Shown here one piece after another: positions 46,459 to 55,397 of a DNA stretch of 64,000 bases. The stretch lies in assembly GCA_016204045.1 (NCBI GenBank), contig JACQLQ010000001.1, forward strand, positions 106,766 through 170,765, in the 5' to 3' direction. Each line of letters begins with the position of its first letter. The first letter of the stretch is position 1. The translations under genes and the position numbers were made by a program. The notes below the pieces were generated by a model. That model was not told where the DNA came from, made no database searches, and saw nothing but the letters and a program-made list of their open reading frames with translations. Source of the DNA: Parcubacteria group bacterium (GTDB lineage: Bacteria; Patescibacteriota; Minisyncoccia; Phycocordibacterales; UBA2135).

Positions 46459-48117
46459 ATGATTCAGGAAAAACTTAAAGAGATGATACAAGAAACGTTG
46501 CGTGAACTCGGCATTGAAGCTGGGGACATTCACTTGGAACATCCGACGGAGTTTGTGCATGGAGATTTTGCGACAAACGTCGCTATGTCCGTGGCAAAAA
46601 AGGCAAAAACAAATCCTAAGGCGCTTGCAGAGCAGATTGTCGCAAAGATAAATGAGAGCAAAGATAAAGATATCGAAAAAGTTGAAGTGGCTGGTCCCGG
46701 CTTCATTAATATCCACCTTTCGCCAGCTTTTTTTGCGGACAGCGTTAAAAAAATCGTGGACCAAGGAGATGTGTGGGGCAAGAATGATGCATTTGTGGGA
46801 AAAAAGGTGATGGTGGAATACACAGACCCAAACCCGTTTAAGGAGTTTCATATCGGACACCTCATGTCGAATGCGATTGGAGAATCCATTGCCCGGCTTA
46901 TTGTATTTGGTGGCGCAGAAGTTAAGAGATCAAATTGGCAGGGTGATGTTGGTCCTCATGTTGCGAAAGCTATTTGGGGAAAGATGCAAAAGCCTGAACT
47001 GAAATGGGGCGAGGCGTATACATATGGAGCAGAACACTATGAAGAGCGGAAAGAAGAAATTAATGGGATCAACGAGAGGGTGTATGCCAAAAGCGACCCG
47101 ACGGTTAACGAGTTATATGAAGAAGGCCGCGCCTCTTCGCTCGCACACTTTGAAGAACTCTATAAAATACTGGGGACATCTTTTGATTATTACTTCTTTG
47201 AGGGAAAAGAGGGACTCTTGGGAAAACCAATTGTCGAAGAGTTTCTAAAGAAAGGCATTTTTGAGGAGAGTGACGGAGCGGTCATTTTTAAGGGCGAGCA
47301 ACACGGTCTCCATACACGTGTCTTCGTGACTTCGCGCGGATTGCCGACCTATGAGGCGAAAGAACTCGGGCTCAACAAAGTAAAGTTTGAAAGGGAGCCG
47401 GATTTGGACCTCTCAATTATCGTAACCGCGAACGAGCAAACTGATTACTTCAGAGTGCTGCTTAAAGTGATTGAGCTTATTTTTCCTATTATTGCTGCAA
47501 AGACAAAACACATTGCTCACGGTGTCATGAAACTTGCCTCGGGCAAGATGTCCTCGCGCAAGGGGAACGTGATAACAGGCGAGTCGCTCATCTCCGACGT
47601 GAGAGCATTGGCGCGGGAAAAGGTTCGAGAGGGAAATCGTGCCCAAGACAATACCGAGGCCCTTGCTGAAGCAATAGCAGTTGCCGCGATCAAATACTCG
47701 ATATTGAGACAAGGAACAGGCAGAGACATCGTCTTCGATTTTGAACAATCCCTCTCCTTTGAGGGCGATTCGGGTCCCTATCTCCAATACACCCATGCGC
47801 GGGCGAAATCGATCTTACGTAAAGCAGGAGAACGCGGGACGGTGTCCACCAAGGAAAACAGAGATGTGGGCGAAGTCGAACGACTACTATATCGTTTCTC
47901 AGAAGTTACAGCGCGCGCTGCGAAAGAGTATGAACCGCATTATGTCACGACGTATCTTACAGAACTCGCGGGAGCGTTCAACACTTTCTATGCGAAAGAA
48001 CGTATTTTAGACGCGGGAGAAGATGCGCCCTATCGCTTGCTTTTGACGCAGGCGGTGGCAACGACACTCAAGAATGGTCTCCACCTCCTGGGCATTAAAG
48101 CACCGGAGGTAATGTAA
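46459..48117 (+). CDS. argS: Arginine--tRNA ligase
   Basis: HGDFATN, GPGFIN, FHIGH, KMSSRKG and GPYLQYTHAR motifs. Confidence 0.97.
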   Translation: MIQEKLKEMIQETLRELGIEAGDIHLEHPTEFVHGDFATNVAMSVAKKAKTNPKALAEQIVAKINESKDKDIEKVEVAGPGFINIHLSPAFFADSVKKIVDQGDVWGKNDAFVGKKVMVEYTDPNPFKEFHIGHLMSNAIGESIARLIVFGGAEVKRSNWQGDVGPHVAKAIWGKMQKPELKWGEAYTYGAEHYEERKEEINGINERVYAKSDPTVNELYEEGRASSLAHFEELYKILGTSFDYYFFEGKEGLLGKPIVEEFLKKGIFEESDGAVIFKGEQHGLHTRVFVTSRGLPTYEAKELGLNKVKFEREPDLDLSIIVTANEQTDYFRVLLKVIELIFPIIAAKTKHIAHGVMKLASGKMSSRKGNVITGESLISDVRALAREKVREGNRAQDNTEALAEAIAVAAIKYSILRQGTGRDIVFDFEQSLSFEGDSGPYLQYTHARAKSILRKAGERGTVSTKENRDVGEVERLLYRFSEVTARAAKEYEPHYVTTYLTELAGAFNTFYAKERILDAGEDAPYRLLLTQAVATTLKNGLHLLGIKAPEVM

Positions 48118-48238
48118 TCCCGATAGTGTTAACACGAGTATAGAGCGTTCGCTCACTTGGGGCGTATACTATTGGGTAGGATGTTTTACAAGGTATGAAA
48201 ATTACGGTCGTGCAAGCACGACCTAACACTATCGGGAT
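48117..48238. repeat. 122-bp element with perfect 15-bp terminal inverted repeats
   Basis: ATCCCGATAGTGTTA ... TAACACTATCGGGAT. Confidence 0.7.
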
Positions 48239-48305
48239 GTAACAGCACACTTGCAAAAAACGGTTCGAGGCCGATAATGTGGAAAGAGGGTACATGGGGG
48301 CGTAT

Positions 48306-48602
48306 ATGGCTGATAAGACCCCAGTTGTTAGATTGCAGTGGGGAAGCAACGGATGGGTTGTCGAAGACGTCACGGAGACGTCTCTCGAGGGGGTTATAGC
48401 CATCCTTACTTTTCTCGTAACCAAAGCGCCACGTTTTGTTGCCTCTTATGGGAACATTCGATTTGCAATGGAATCTCCATTCCCCATTGCAGAGAAGATT
48501 CGCTCCGTGCTTATACCCGTTGTAGAAGGGTGGGCTCTTTGGAGGGCGAACGATAGTTGTCGCGACGATCTTATTTTTACTTTTGAGAAAGGGCCCCAGT
48601 AA
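48306..48602 (+). CDS. Hypothetical protein
   Basis: ORF between argS and ileS with upstream promoter-like sequence and downstream hairpin. Confidence 0.45.
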   Translation: MADKTPVVRLQWGSNGWVVEDVTETSLEGVIAILTFLVTKAPRFVASYGNIRFAMESPFPIAEKIRSVLIPVVEGWALWRANDSCRDDLIFTFEKGPQ

Positions 48603-48650
48603 GGCCTTTTTTGTTTTTGCATAATGTCTCGAAACTGGTAGTATTTTAAT

Positions 48651-51600
48651 ATGTCGAAGGCAGAAGATTCTCAAAAAAAGAGCATTGCTGACCTCGAAAG
48701 AGGAATACTCCGCTTCTGGAGTGATAACAAGATTTTTGAGAAGTCCCTTGCCAAGAAGTCTCCTAAGGGCGAGTTTACTTTTTATGATGGCCCTCCTTTT
48801 GCGAATGGCTTGCCCCACTACGGTCACATCCTCACTGGTGTTATTAAAGACGCGATACCTCGTTTCCAAACGATGCGTGGCTATCATGTTAACCGTCGCT
48901 GGGGATGGGATTGCCACGGCCTTCCTGTCGAGTATGAGATAGAAAAAGAACTTGGACTCAAGACAAAGCGCGAGATTGAGGAATACGGCATAGAAAACTT
49001 TAACAAAAAAGCCCGCGAGGCAATCATGCGCTATGCGGGTGATTGGCGCCAAATCATCCCAAAAACAGGGCGGTGGGTTGATATGGATCGCGACTACCGT
49101 ACGATGGACTCGTCGTACACCGAATCAGTGTGGTGGGTCTTCAAGTCGCTCTATGATAAGGGACTCGTTTACGAAGGCTTCAAGCCAATGCACCTTTGTC
49201 CTCGCTGTGAGACAACGCTCTCGAACTTCGAGGTGAGCCAGGGATACAAAGACGTGACCGACATTTCTGTGACGGTGAAGCTACCGTTAAAAAAAGAGCC
49301 GGAAACCTCCCTCCTTATTTGGACTACAACGCCGTGGACACTTCCTGGCAATATGGCTGCGGCGGTTAATCCGAGTACCTCATATATCAAATACAAACTT
49401 CTTGATACCGAGGTCCCCGCGGGGGAGTTTGTTATTATCGCCAAAGATCGAGGTGCCGAGATCCTCAGAGATAAGAAGTACGAAATAGTCGAAGAATTTA
49501 CAGGTGACAAACTTGTAGGTCTTTCTTACACCCCACCCTTTGCCTACTACACGGACGCCACACTAAAGCACAAAGGGCATGCATGGAAGGTATACGCAGC
49601 AGACTATGTTACAACGACTGATGGCACTGGAATTGTGCATCTGGCGCCAGCGTTCGGAGAAGATGACCTAAGGCTCGCAAAAGAAAACGACATACCTGTC
49701 GTGCATCATATTGGAACAGACGGAAGATTCAAAAAAGAAGTTACTGACTTTGTCGGTGAAATGGTAAAGCCCATACAGGATTTGCAGGCAACTGACGTGC
49801 TCGTCTTGAAGAACTTATCTCACCGAGGACTTCTTTTCGCAAAAGAGAAGATTACTCACTCGTATCCGCATTGTTGGCGATGCGATACACCGCTTTTGAA
49901 TTACGCCGCAAGTTCATGGTTTGTAAAAGTGACCGCCATCAAAGATGATCTCATAAAAGCAAACAAGAAAGTTTCATGGGTCCCGGAAGATATTCGTGAC
50001 GGTAGGTTTGGAAAATGGCTCGAGGGTGCGCGCGACTGGGCAGTGTCTCGTTCGCGGTTTTGGGGAGCGCCAATCCCCGCATGGAGATGTCAAAAATGTG
50101 AACGCTTAGAGATCGTCGGCTCACTCACTGAACTGCGAGAGAAGAGTGCGGATTCAGGTAATACGTTCTTCATCATGCGGCACGGCGAGGCGCGAAGTAA
50201 CAAAGAAGGATTTGTGAGCGCCTCCATCCATGCAGGCAACCACCTTACGGAAAAAGGCAAAAAAGAAGTTGATAAAGCAGCGAAGTTTCTGCGGAGACAA
50301 AATATCGATCTCATCATTGCCTCTCCACTCGAACGTACCAAAGAGACAGCGCTTCGCACAGCAAAAAACATCGGGCTCAAAAAAGATAAAGTTATCTTCT
50401 CCGACCTCATTCGAGAGGTGGGCGTTGGTGTGTATGAAGGGAGGCCACTTTCAGAATGGCGTTTACAATTCCCTTCATTGGAAGATAAATTTAAAGTGCG
50501 TCCGGATGGTGGCGAGAACCTGCCCGACTTGAAGGGGCGCGTTACATCTTTCCTCTACGAACTTGAGCGTAAATATACAAATAAGAACATTCTTATTGTT
50601 TCCCATGCTGATCCGCTTTGGGCGCTTTACACGGGGGCACTCGGGTACACGGAAAAACAAGCGATTGAAGCGCATGGGAGAAAGAAGGATTTCATAAAAA
50701 CAGCAGAAGTAAAAAAACTTCCTTTTGCACCATTACCGCATGACGAAATGCATGCACTCGATTTGCACCGCCCCTACGTCGACGAGGTGAAGTTTAAATG
50801 TCTCTGTGGAGGGAAAATGAAGCGCGTACCAGAAGTCTTTGACTGCTGGTTTGAGTCTGGCGCAATGCCGTATGGGCAAATGCACTACCCGTTTGAAAAC
50901 AAAGACACCTTCGATCCAGAAAAGAAACGGGGATTTCCTGCGAACTTTATTGCAGAGGGACTTGATCAAACAAGAGGCTGGTTCTACTCACTTATCGTCC
51001 TTGGGGTTGCGCTCTTTGGAGAGAGCCCATACAAAAACGTCATCACCAACGGTCTCGTTCTCGCGGAAGATGGACGAAAGATGTCGAAACGACTCAAGAA
51101 TTACCCTGAGCCAACAGATATTATGGCGAAGTATGGTGCGGATGCATTGCGTCTCTATCTCATCTCATCTCCTGTAGTACGCGCAGAAGATCTTCGCTTT
51201 AGTGAAGATGGTGTTCGAGAAATACAAAACAAAATAGTGAGTCGCCTTCGAAATGTGGCATCTTTTTACCACACGTATGCCCTTGATGCAGTGAAAGGGA
51301 CGAGTGTTCCAAAGTCAAACAACGTTCTGGATACATGGATCCGTGTGCGTCTTACTGAAGTAGTCAACAAGGTCACAGAGGCGATGGAGCACTACGAGCT
51401 TGATAAAGCCATCCGTCCGATTGGCGAATTTATCGAAGATCTATCGACGTGGTATCTCCGAAGATCGCGCGACCGCTTTAAGTCAAAAGACGATCTTGAC
51501 CGCAAGAATGCAATAGCAACGACGAGCTATGTGCTGACAGAAATTGCCAAACTCATTGCTCCGTTTGCGCCTTTTGTTGCCGAAGAAATATATCAATCTA

Positions 51601-52244
51601 TTACCTCCAACATGGAGAGTGTTCACCTCGAAACGTGGCCCAAGTATGAACCTCGTTTCCCAATCTGGCCCAATCCGATGGCGCTTTTTCACCGTATTTT
51701 CAGATCCCATGGTGACATAAAGATTCTCGAAGACATGGCAGAGGTGCGACGCATTGTGTCAGTGGCTCTCGAAGCTCGCGCAAGCGCGGGTATTAAGGTG
51801 CGTCAACCATTAGGGAAACTTACTGTTAAGAACAGTAAGACAAAAATTGCGGGTAATGAAGATCTGCTCACGCTCATTAAGGATGAGGTTAATGTAAAAG
51901 AAGTTATTTTTGACGCCGCTCTTGTTACAGATGTCGCACTAGACACAGAAATTACCGAGGAGCTTAGAGAGGAAGGAGTCCTTCGCGACCTCGTTCGCGT
52001 TGTGCAAGATCTGCGTAAAAAAGAAGGATTGCATCCTGGAGACTCTGCGACGCTCTTTATACGCGGGGGTGTCCAAGAAGTTCAGTTTATCAAGAAGTTT
52101 GAAGAGCAACTTAAAGACTCAACAACCGTCGGCGTCATTGAGTTTCGAGATGATGTACAAGGGGAGGAGGCGAAGATCGACACATTTTTGTTTGCTTTAG
52201 CTCTAAACACTCCGACGCTTTCGGCATCTACTAAAAACGAATAG
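48651..52244 (+). CDS. ileS: Isoleucine--tRNA ligase (type 2) with inserted histidine-phosphatase domain
   Basis: PHYGH, GWDCHGLP, WTTTPWT, DQTRGWF and KMSKR; internal RHG..ASPL.RTKETA..VSH. Confidence 0.95.
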   Translation: MSKAEDSQKKSIADLERGILRFWSDNKIFEKSLAKKSPKGEFTFYDGPPFANGLPHYGHILTGVIKDAIPRFQTMRGYHVNRRWGWDCHGLPVEYEIEKELGLKTKREIEEYGIENFNKKAREAIMRYAGDWRQIIPKTGRWVDMDRDYRTMDSSYTESVWWVFKSLYDKGLVYEGFKPMHLCPRCETTLSNFEVSQGYKDVTDISVTVKLPLKKEPETSLLIWTTTPWTLPGNMAAAVNPSTSYIKYKLLDTEVPAGEFVIIAKDRGAEILRDKKYEIVEEFTGDKLVGLSYTPPFAYYTDATLKHKGHAWKVYAADYVTTTDGTGIVHLAPAFGEDDLRLAKENDIPVVHHIGTDGRFKKEVTDFVGEMVKPIQDLQATDVLVLKNLSHRGLLFAKEKITHSYPHCWRCDTPLLNYAASSWFVKVTAIKDDLIKANKKVSWVPEDIRDGRFGKWLEGARDWAVSRSRFWGAPIPAWRCQKCERLEIVGSLTELREKSADSGNTFFIMRHGEARSNKEGFVSASIHAGNHLTEKGKKEVDKAAKFLRRQNIDLIIASPLERTKETALRTAKNIGLKKDKVIFSDLIREVGVGVYEGRPLSEWRLQFPSLEDKFKVRPDGGENLPDLKGRVTSFLYELERKYTNKNILIVSHADPLWALYTGALGYTEKQAIEAHGRKKDFIKTAEVKKLPFAPLPHDEMHALDLHRPYVDEVKFKCLCGGKMKRVPEVFDCWFESGAMPYGQMHYPFENKDTFDPEKKRGFPANFIAEGLDQTRGWFYSLIVLGVALFGESPYKNVITNGLVLAEDGRKMSKRLKNYPEPTDIMAKYGADALRLYLISSPVVRAEDLRFSEDGVREIQNKIVSRLRNVASFYHTYALDAVKGTSVPKSNNVLDTWIRVRLTEVVNKVTEAMEHYELDKAIRPIGEFIEDLSTWYLRRSRDRFKSKDDLDRKNAIATTSYVLTEIAKLIAPFAPFVAEEIYQSITSNMESVHLETWPKYEPRFPIWPNPMALFHRIFRSHGDIKILEDMAEVRRIVSVALEARASAGIKVRQPLGKLTVKNSKTKIAGNEDLLTLIKDEVNVKEVIFDAALVTDVALDTEITEELREEGVLRDLVRVVQDLRKKEGLHPGDSATLFIRGGVQEVQFIKKFEEQLKDSTTVGVIEFRDDVQGEEAKIDTFLFALALNTPTLSASTKNE

Positions 52245-52248
52245 TCTT

Positions 52249-52836
52249 GTGTATACCATCTTTCACACTGACGCCATTGTGCTTGGGGGTCAAGATCGCG
52301 GTGAAGCAAGCCGCACACTCGCACTTTTTACACGTGAGCACGGGCTCATACATGCCCACACCCAAGGCCTTCGTGAGCTCAAGTCAAAACTGCGCTACGC
52401 ACTACAGGATTTTTCGTGTGCCCACGTTAACCTTGTACACGGCAAAAACGGTTGGAAAGTGACAAGCGCCATCCACAAGCGCTCATTTCTACCTGGGGGT
52501 GAAGAGAAGGCGCGACTAGGGGCTATTGTACGTGTCTCAAAACTTCTACGTCGCTTGCTTCCAGGAGAAGAGAAAAACGAAACGTTATATGACGAGATTC
52601 TTGAGACTTTTTCCGTAATTAAAAACACACCTCTTAGTGCTGAATATGTTTTTAACATCGAAGTAATACTTGTCATGCGCATCCTCGCGCTCCTTGGGTA
52701 TTGGGGCGACGATGCTCGGTTTGCTCCTTTTTTGGAAAAAGGCACAACAAGGGAGGAGTTACTCCAACAAATGATGAATATAAAACCTTTTGCTATTCGC
52801 GAAATCAACAAAGCGCTTAAGGAGACACAATTATAG
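52249..52836 (+). CDS. recO: DNA repair protein RecO (short)
   Basis: GEASR..LFTREHG..GLR..KSKL N-terminal OB fold. Confidence 0.8.
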   Translation: MYTIFHTDAIVLGGQDRGEASRTLALFTREHGLIHAHTQGLRELKSKLRYALQDFSCAHVNLVHGKNGWKVTSAIHKRSFLPGGEEKARLGAIVRVSKLLRRLLPGEEKNETLYDEILETFSVIKNTPLSAEYVFNIEVILVMRILALLGYWGDDARFAPFLEKGTTREELLQQMMNIKPFAIREINKALKETQL

Positions 52837-52916
52837 TTGGCCCTGGGGGGTCGTATTCAAAACAGTCGCCTTAGTTAGGCGACTGTTTTTAAATTAAAAA
52901 CCCGCCTGTAGCGGGG

Positions 52917-53351
52917 TTATGGGGCGGGGAGAACTTTCGTATTCTCTCCCCACGTGAGGATGTATACATTTTTTTGGACATAGACTTCGAAGCGCGTCGC
53001 GCCTGGGTCTGCGTAGCGGCCGTGCACAAAGCGGAAAGGCACAAGCTCATCATCGATCGTCACGACGACATCTTCACCCAGTTGCCGTACAATCGTAATC
53101 ACGCCATTGACCGTTTGACACCCAGATTCTTCGAATACCGAGCGCATTGCATTGAGCCCAAAACGTTTTAGGGTGTTTAGCACGCTGGAGGCCGCTTCTT
53201 CATCGAAACAGGCAAAATAGACGTCATCGGTTAAATGTTTTTGTTGACCGATGATATAAGGACCTTCGTGTTCAGCATTTACGACCGGTGTCCAGAGTAG
53301 CATCGCGATGCCAACGACCGTCACCTTGAGCAGGGACTGCAAGATGCGCAC
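52917..53351 (-). CDS. Secreted hypothetical protein
   Basis: Signal peptide ending VNA; two Cys. Confidence 0.55.
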   Translation of the reverse strand: MRILQSLLKVTVVGIAMLLWTPVVNAEHEGPYIIGQQKHLTDDVYFACFDEEAASSVLNTLKRFGLNAMRSVFEESGCQTVNGVITIVRQLGEDVVVTIDDELVPFRFVHGRYADPGATRFEVYVQKNVYILTWGENTKVLPAP

Positions 53352-53442
53352 GGCTTTTCCTCAAGACCAGTACCTAAAAGTTAGCGTATACCCACACTAA
53401 GGCTTTTGCAAACAAAAACCACTACGCAGGGGCGTAATGGTT

Positions 53443-53643
53443 TTAGCGGATTGAAAGGTGCTTCCCTGCCTTAATACACTTTGTGCAGGCCTTCATTCTC
53501 TTACCTGAAAGTAATTTTGCCCATTGCAAATTAGGCTGTCTTCGACGCTTTCCTGTTGGGTTGAACTGTGTCGCACGGACCCTGTTAGAGTAACCGCCGC
53601 CCATACTAGATTTTTTTTCGCACAATGGACAGATTTTTGCCAT
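53443..53643 (-). CDS. rpmB: 50S ribosomal protein L28
   Basis: MAKICPLC..KRRRQPNLQ..CTKCIK. Confidence 0.9.
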   Translation of the reverse strand: MAKICPLCEKKSSMGGGYSNRVRATQFNPTGKRRRQPNLQWAKLLSGKRMKACTKCIKAGKHLSIR

Positions 53644-53720
53644 AGAAGACTTGGCGGGCAAGTTAGTACGTTCTCTGCTTTGCCCGTTCGTTCCCAAGAT
53701 GCTATCATACCTAAGTAAAT

Positions 53721-54392
53721 ATGGCAATTGAGCTTCTCATTCCCCTTGTTTTGATCCTCATTATCTCGGTCGTCGCACATGAGGTGTCGCACGGGTATAT
53801 GGCCGAGATGTTGGGAGATCCCACCGCTCGTCTAGAGGGACGCCTCACCCTCAATCCACTGAAGCATCTTGATTTGTGGGGCTCCATCTTGATCCCGCTT
53901 CTCCTTATCGTCACGAAGGCCGGGTTTCTTATTGGGTGGGCAAAACCAGTACCGTATAATCCATATAATCTTCGCGACCAGAGGTGGGGAGAGGCAAAGG
54001 TGGCCATTGCGGGCCCCCTCGTCAATCTGTGTATCGCGCTTGTTTTCGGACTCCTAATTCGTTTTGGTGCACAAGGTGGGCTTCTCTCAAGTGTTGCCCC
54101 TGAAGTAGTGCATCTGCTCGCGTTCGTGGTGTACATAAACCTCTTGCTCGCATTTTTTAACCTCATCCCAATCCCGCCGCTCGACGGGTCAAAGGTGTTG
54201 GCGGCAATTTTACCCTTTCATCTAGCAGAGCGATATCGCGCGTTAATGGAGTGGGCACTACAATACGGCTTTTTTGTCACCATTGCGTTTGTTTTCTTAT
54301 TCCTCTATTTCCTCTGGCCGTTCTTCTTCGCATTTCTCACAATGCTTTTCGAGATCATTACAGACATTCCTTTCGAGGTGTTTTTGGGGTAG
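53721..54392 (+). CDS. Site-2 protease (M50)
   Basis: HEVSH and NLIPIPPLDG motifs. Confidence 0.93.
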   Translation: MAIELLIPLVLILIISVVAHEVSHGYMAEMLGDPTARLEGRLTLNPLKHLDLWGSILIPLLLIVTKAGFLIGWAKPVPYNPYNLRDQRWGEAKVAIAGPLVNLCIALVFGLLIRFGAQGGLLSSVAPEVVHLLAFVVYINLLLAFFNLIPIPPLDGSKVLAAILPFHLAERYRALMEWALQYGFFVTIAFVFLFLYFLWPFFFAFLTMLFEIITDIPFEVFLG

Positions 54393-54466
54393 GGGGTTTG
54401 CATTTTGAAACGCCTTGCTTTATAGTACCTAGTACTTGGCTTCCGTGCCGAGTTTTGTTTTAGCGC

Positions 54467-54877
54467 ATGGCAACAATAAACCAACTGATTAAAAGACCGA
54501 GAAGGACACCAAAGAGAAAGTCCAAAACACCCGCAATCGCGCGTGGTTTCAACACGCTCAAGAACAGGCCGGTCTTTTACCCATCTCCTTTTAAGCGTGG
54601 TGTGTGTGTGCAGGTTCGTACCACAACCCCTCGTAAACCGAACTCTGCGGTCCGAAAGATTGCACGTGTACGCCTTACTAATGGTCAGGAAATTACAGCG
54701 TACATCCCCGGAGAAGGACACAACCTTCAGGAACACTCCGTGGTCCTAGTTCGCGGCGGAAAGGTTAAGGACATCGGCGTTCGCTACACGATCGTTCGCG
54801 GTATTCTTGATGCGGCCGGTGTTGATAAGAGGCGCCAGGCAAGAAGTCTGTACGGCGCGAAGCGTCCCAAGAAATAA
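54467..54877 (+). CDS. rpsL: 30S ribosomal protein S12
   Basis: TPRKPNSA and GHNLQEHS. Confidence 0.98.
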   Translation: MATINQLIKRPRRTPKRKSKTPAIARGFNTLKNRPVFYPSPFKRGVCVQVRTTTPRKPNSAVRKIARVRLTNGQEITAYIPGEGHNLQEHSVVLVRGGKVKDIGVRYTIVRGILDAAGVDKRRQARSLYGAKRPKK

Positions 54878-54897
54878 ATCAAAACTCCTAAGTAACA

Positions 54898-55368
54898 ATG
54901 AGGCGTCCAGTAAAAAAACGACATATCGTACCAGCCGATTACAAATACAATTCTCAAAAGATTGAGAAGTTTGTTAACTATGTAATGAAAGACGGCGAAA
55001 AGACCGTTGCAAGGAAAGTCGTATACGGAGCACTCGACGAGATTGCCAAGAAGGTTAAGACAGACAACCCACTTGAGGTGTTTGATAAGGCAATCAAAAA
55101 CATTGGTCCGACAGTCGAGGTGAGAACGCGCCGCATTGGTGGCGCGAACTACCAAGTACCACGCGAGGTCAAAACCGATCGACGTCTCGCGCTTGCTATG
55201 CGCTGGCTTCTTCTCGCCGCGCGTGGCAAGAAAGGGCGCCCCATACACATAAAGCTTGCCGATGAGATTATCGCCGCTTCAAACAACGAAGGTGAGGCGG
55301 TGCAGAAGAAAGCGAATGTTCACAAAATGGCCGAAGCCAACAAGGCGTTTGCCCACTTTACGTGGTAA
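54898..55368 (+). CDS. rpsG: 30S ribosomal protein S7
   Basis: RRIGGANYQVP and HKMAEANKAFAH. Confidence 0.98.
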   Translation: MRRPVKKRHIVPADYKYNSQKIEKFVNYVMKDGEKTVARKVVYGALDEIAKKVKTDNPLEVFDKAIKNIGPTVEVRTRRIGGANYQVPREVKTDRRLALAMRWLLLAARGKKGRPIHIKLADEIIAASNNEGEAVQKKANVHKMAEANKAFAHFTW

Positions 55369-55397
55369 TTTGAACGGCTTTACGACCGAATATTTTT

